64,000 nucleotides of DNA from a virus. A program made the position numbers and the translations under genes. Below are positions 62,589 through 64,000 of this stretch, in pieces. The number at the start of each line of letters is the position of its first letter. Position 1 is the first letter of the stretch. The stretch lies in the IMG/VR virus record IMGVR_UViG_3300034220_000029, positions 526-64,525 of that record, one strand, 5' to 3'. The notes under the pieces are model-generated. The model was not told where the DNA came from. It did no database searches and worked only from the letters and a program-made list of their open reading frames with translations.

Positions 62589-63818
62589 ATGCCTTTTGCA
62601 TCAAGCGCCTACGGCCAACTTCGCTACATTTCCGAGTCCAGCTACGGCGTCATCCCGGGGGCCGGCAATGGAGTGAACCTGCGCATGACAGGCCCGACGA
62701 TGAAGGCGGCTGTGGCCACCACCAAGTCCAACGAGATTCGCCCCGACCGCCTGTCCACAGGCCTGACCCGCACCGACCTGAACATCGACGGCGGGTTCAA
62801 TTTTGAGCTCTCCGGCAAGGAATACGACCCCTTCCTGGAAGGCATCATCGGCGGGAACTTCGCGCATTACGGCACCGCCGGCATCGGCACCACCTTCACT
62901 GCGACCACCCTGGCCGGCAGTATCACCGCCGGTGTAGCGCCCACCACGACTTCGGCCTTCACCAACATCGGTCTGGGCTCGTGGATCAAGGTCATCCCGC
63001 CCGTCGGCGCTGCAGCCGCGGTCAAGGATTACTTCGCCGACAAGTGGTTCAAGACCCACGCAGTTACCGCCGCGACGACCACGGCCATCACCCTTGACGC
63101 CAGCACCCCGATCGCCGCCCCCGGCATCGTGACGGGTATTGCTGGTTACTCGATCAGCCAGTCTGTCGTCTCCAACGGTGCGGTCGTCAAGTCCTTCGAC
63201 CTGGAATACGCCCTGACGGACGTGACCCAGTTCCTGACCTTCACCGGCATGCGCGCGAACAGCCTTGAGCTGAGCCTGGAAGTCGGCTCGATCATCACCG
63301 GCTCGTTCGGCTTCATCGGCGCCGGCCACACGATCCAAGGCACAACCCTGCTGCCCGGCTCGCCGGTCGCTTCGCAGTCGCTCGAGGTGATGAATGCTGT
63401 GGCCGACGTCGGCTTGATCTACGAGAACGGGACGAACTTGCTTGGGGCCACCAGCTTCATCAAGAGCGTCAAGTTCAACGTGTCGAACAACCTGCGCGGC
63501 CAGAAGGCTGTCGGCGTCTACGGCAACGCAGGCATCGGCTCCGGTGAGCTGGAGATCGGCGGTTCGCTGGAGGTCTACTTCCAGGACGCGACCTACTACA
63601 GCAAGTGGCTTGCCGGCACGACCACCAGCCTTGCGCTGGGTGTGGCTGACGCCGCGGGCAACGGCTACTTGATCGAGATGGACAAGGTCCAGTTCAAGGA
63701 CGGCGGCATGAACGCTGGCGGCCGGAACGACGACGTGATGCTGTCGCTGCCATTCAGCGCCTTCTACAACCAAACCACGGGCCGCGGCCTGCGGATCACA
63801 CGCGCTGTCGCTGCATAA
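62589..63818 (+). CDS. Major tail tube protein
   Basis: 409 aa Thr/Gly-rich; LRYISESSYG, SNEIRPDR, GSLEVYF. Confidence 0.85.
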   Translation: MPFASSAYGQLRYISESSYGVIPGAGNGVNLRMTGPTMKAAVATTKSNEIRPDRLSTGLTRTDLNIDGGFNFELSGKEYDPFLEGIIGGNFAHYGTAGIGTTFTATTLAGSITAGVAPTTTSAFTNIGLGSWIKVIPPVGAAAAVKDYFADKWFKTHAVTAATTTAITLDASTPIAAPGIVTGIAGYSISQSVVSNGAVVKSFDLEYALTDVTQFLTFTGMRANSLELSLEVGSIITGSFGFIGAGHTIQGTTLLPGSPVASQSLEVMNAVADVGLIYENGTNLLGATSFIKSVKFNVSNNLRGQKAVGVYGNAGIGSGELEIGGSLEVYFQDATYYSKWLAGTTTSLALGVADAAGNGYLIEMDKVQFKDGGMNAGGRNDDVMLSLPFSAFYNQTTGRGLRITRAVAA

Positions 63819-63844
63819 GAATCCCGGGCAAAGACCCTAGATAG

Positions 63845-63867
63845 GCCGGTCCGGATGGGCCGGCTTT
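63845..63867 (+). terminator. Rho-independent terminator
   Basis: GCCGGTCC-GGAT-GGGCCGGC-TTT. Confidence 0.7.
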
Positions 63868-63891
63868 AACCCTGAAGAAGAAGAAAAAACC

Positions 63892-64000
63892 ATGGACATC
63901 TTTGCACAGTACGCCACTGACGAAAAAACTGAAGTCGAGGGCGCGACGTTCCAGCTCTCCAAGACCGCCAGCGTCCGTGTTGCCCGCGCGGGCAACACCA
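63892..64000 (+). CDS. Tail assembly chaperone (3' truncated)
   Basis: MDIFAQYATDEKTEVEG...VRVARAGN after tail tube; A-rich leader. Confidence 0.65.
   Translation, partial: MDIFAQYATDEKTEVEGATFQLSKTASVRVARAGNT

Overview
The window is 64 kb of a GC-rich (about 60-65% by eye) tailed dsDNA phage or prophage, probably a siphovirus. A proteobacterial host is inferred, not shown. From 0.9 to 27.3 kb, a leftward arm carries replication, recombination and nucleotide-metabolism genes: Xis-like HTH, TAXI receptor with a PspA-like membrane module, Spo11/TopoVI-A-like toprim protein, SbcC, ThyX, SbcD, RecU-like nuclease, full-length Pol I, TraR/DksA, dNMP kinase, MazG-like protein, DnaQ exonuclease, primase-helicase, SNF2 helicase and ATP-dependent ligase. 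This arm converges on a tyrosine integrase cut by the left window edge. From 27.4 to 51.6 kb lies a leftward block of about 50 small early/accessory genes, including an ArdA-like acidic protein and a C5 DNA methyltransferase. A repeat-rich, largely non-coding control region occupies 49.1-51.8 kb. From 51.8 kb rightward are an HTH regulator, HNH, TerS, GpA-type TerL, portal, S49 protease with nested scaffold, decoration protein, capsid, connectors and tail tube. The most striking unexplained signals are cis-elements: (1) an 11-13 bp asymmetric motif CCCCGACAACG(TC) with at least 27 exact copies, spread through genes and clustered in inverted arrangement around an AT-rich tract; (2) ten covarying pentaloop hairpins 6-10 nt upstream of GGAG ribosome-binding sites of early genes; (3) a bipartite late promoter and apparently leaderless HTH and portal genes. 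At protein level, a Spo11-like + Rad50-like + Mre11-like trio stands out. All counts and coordinates were read by eye. No database searches were run, and family names come from motif recognition.
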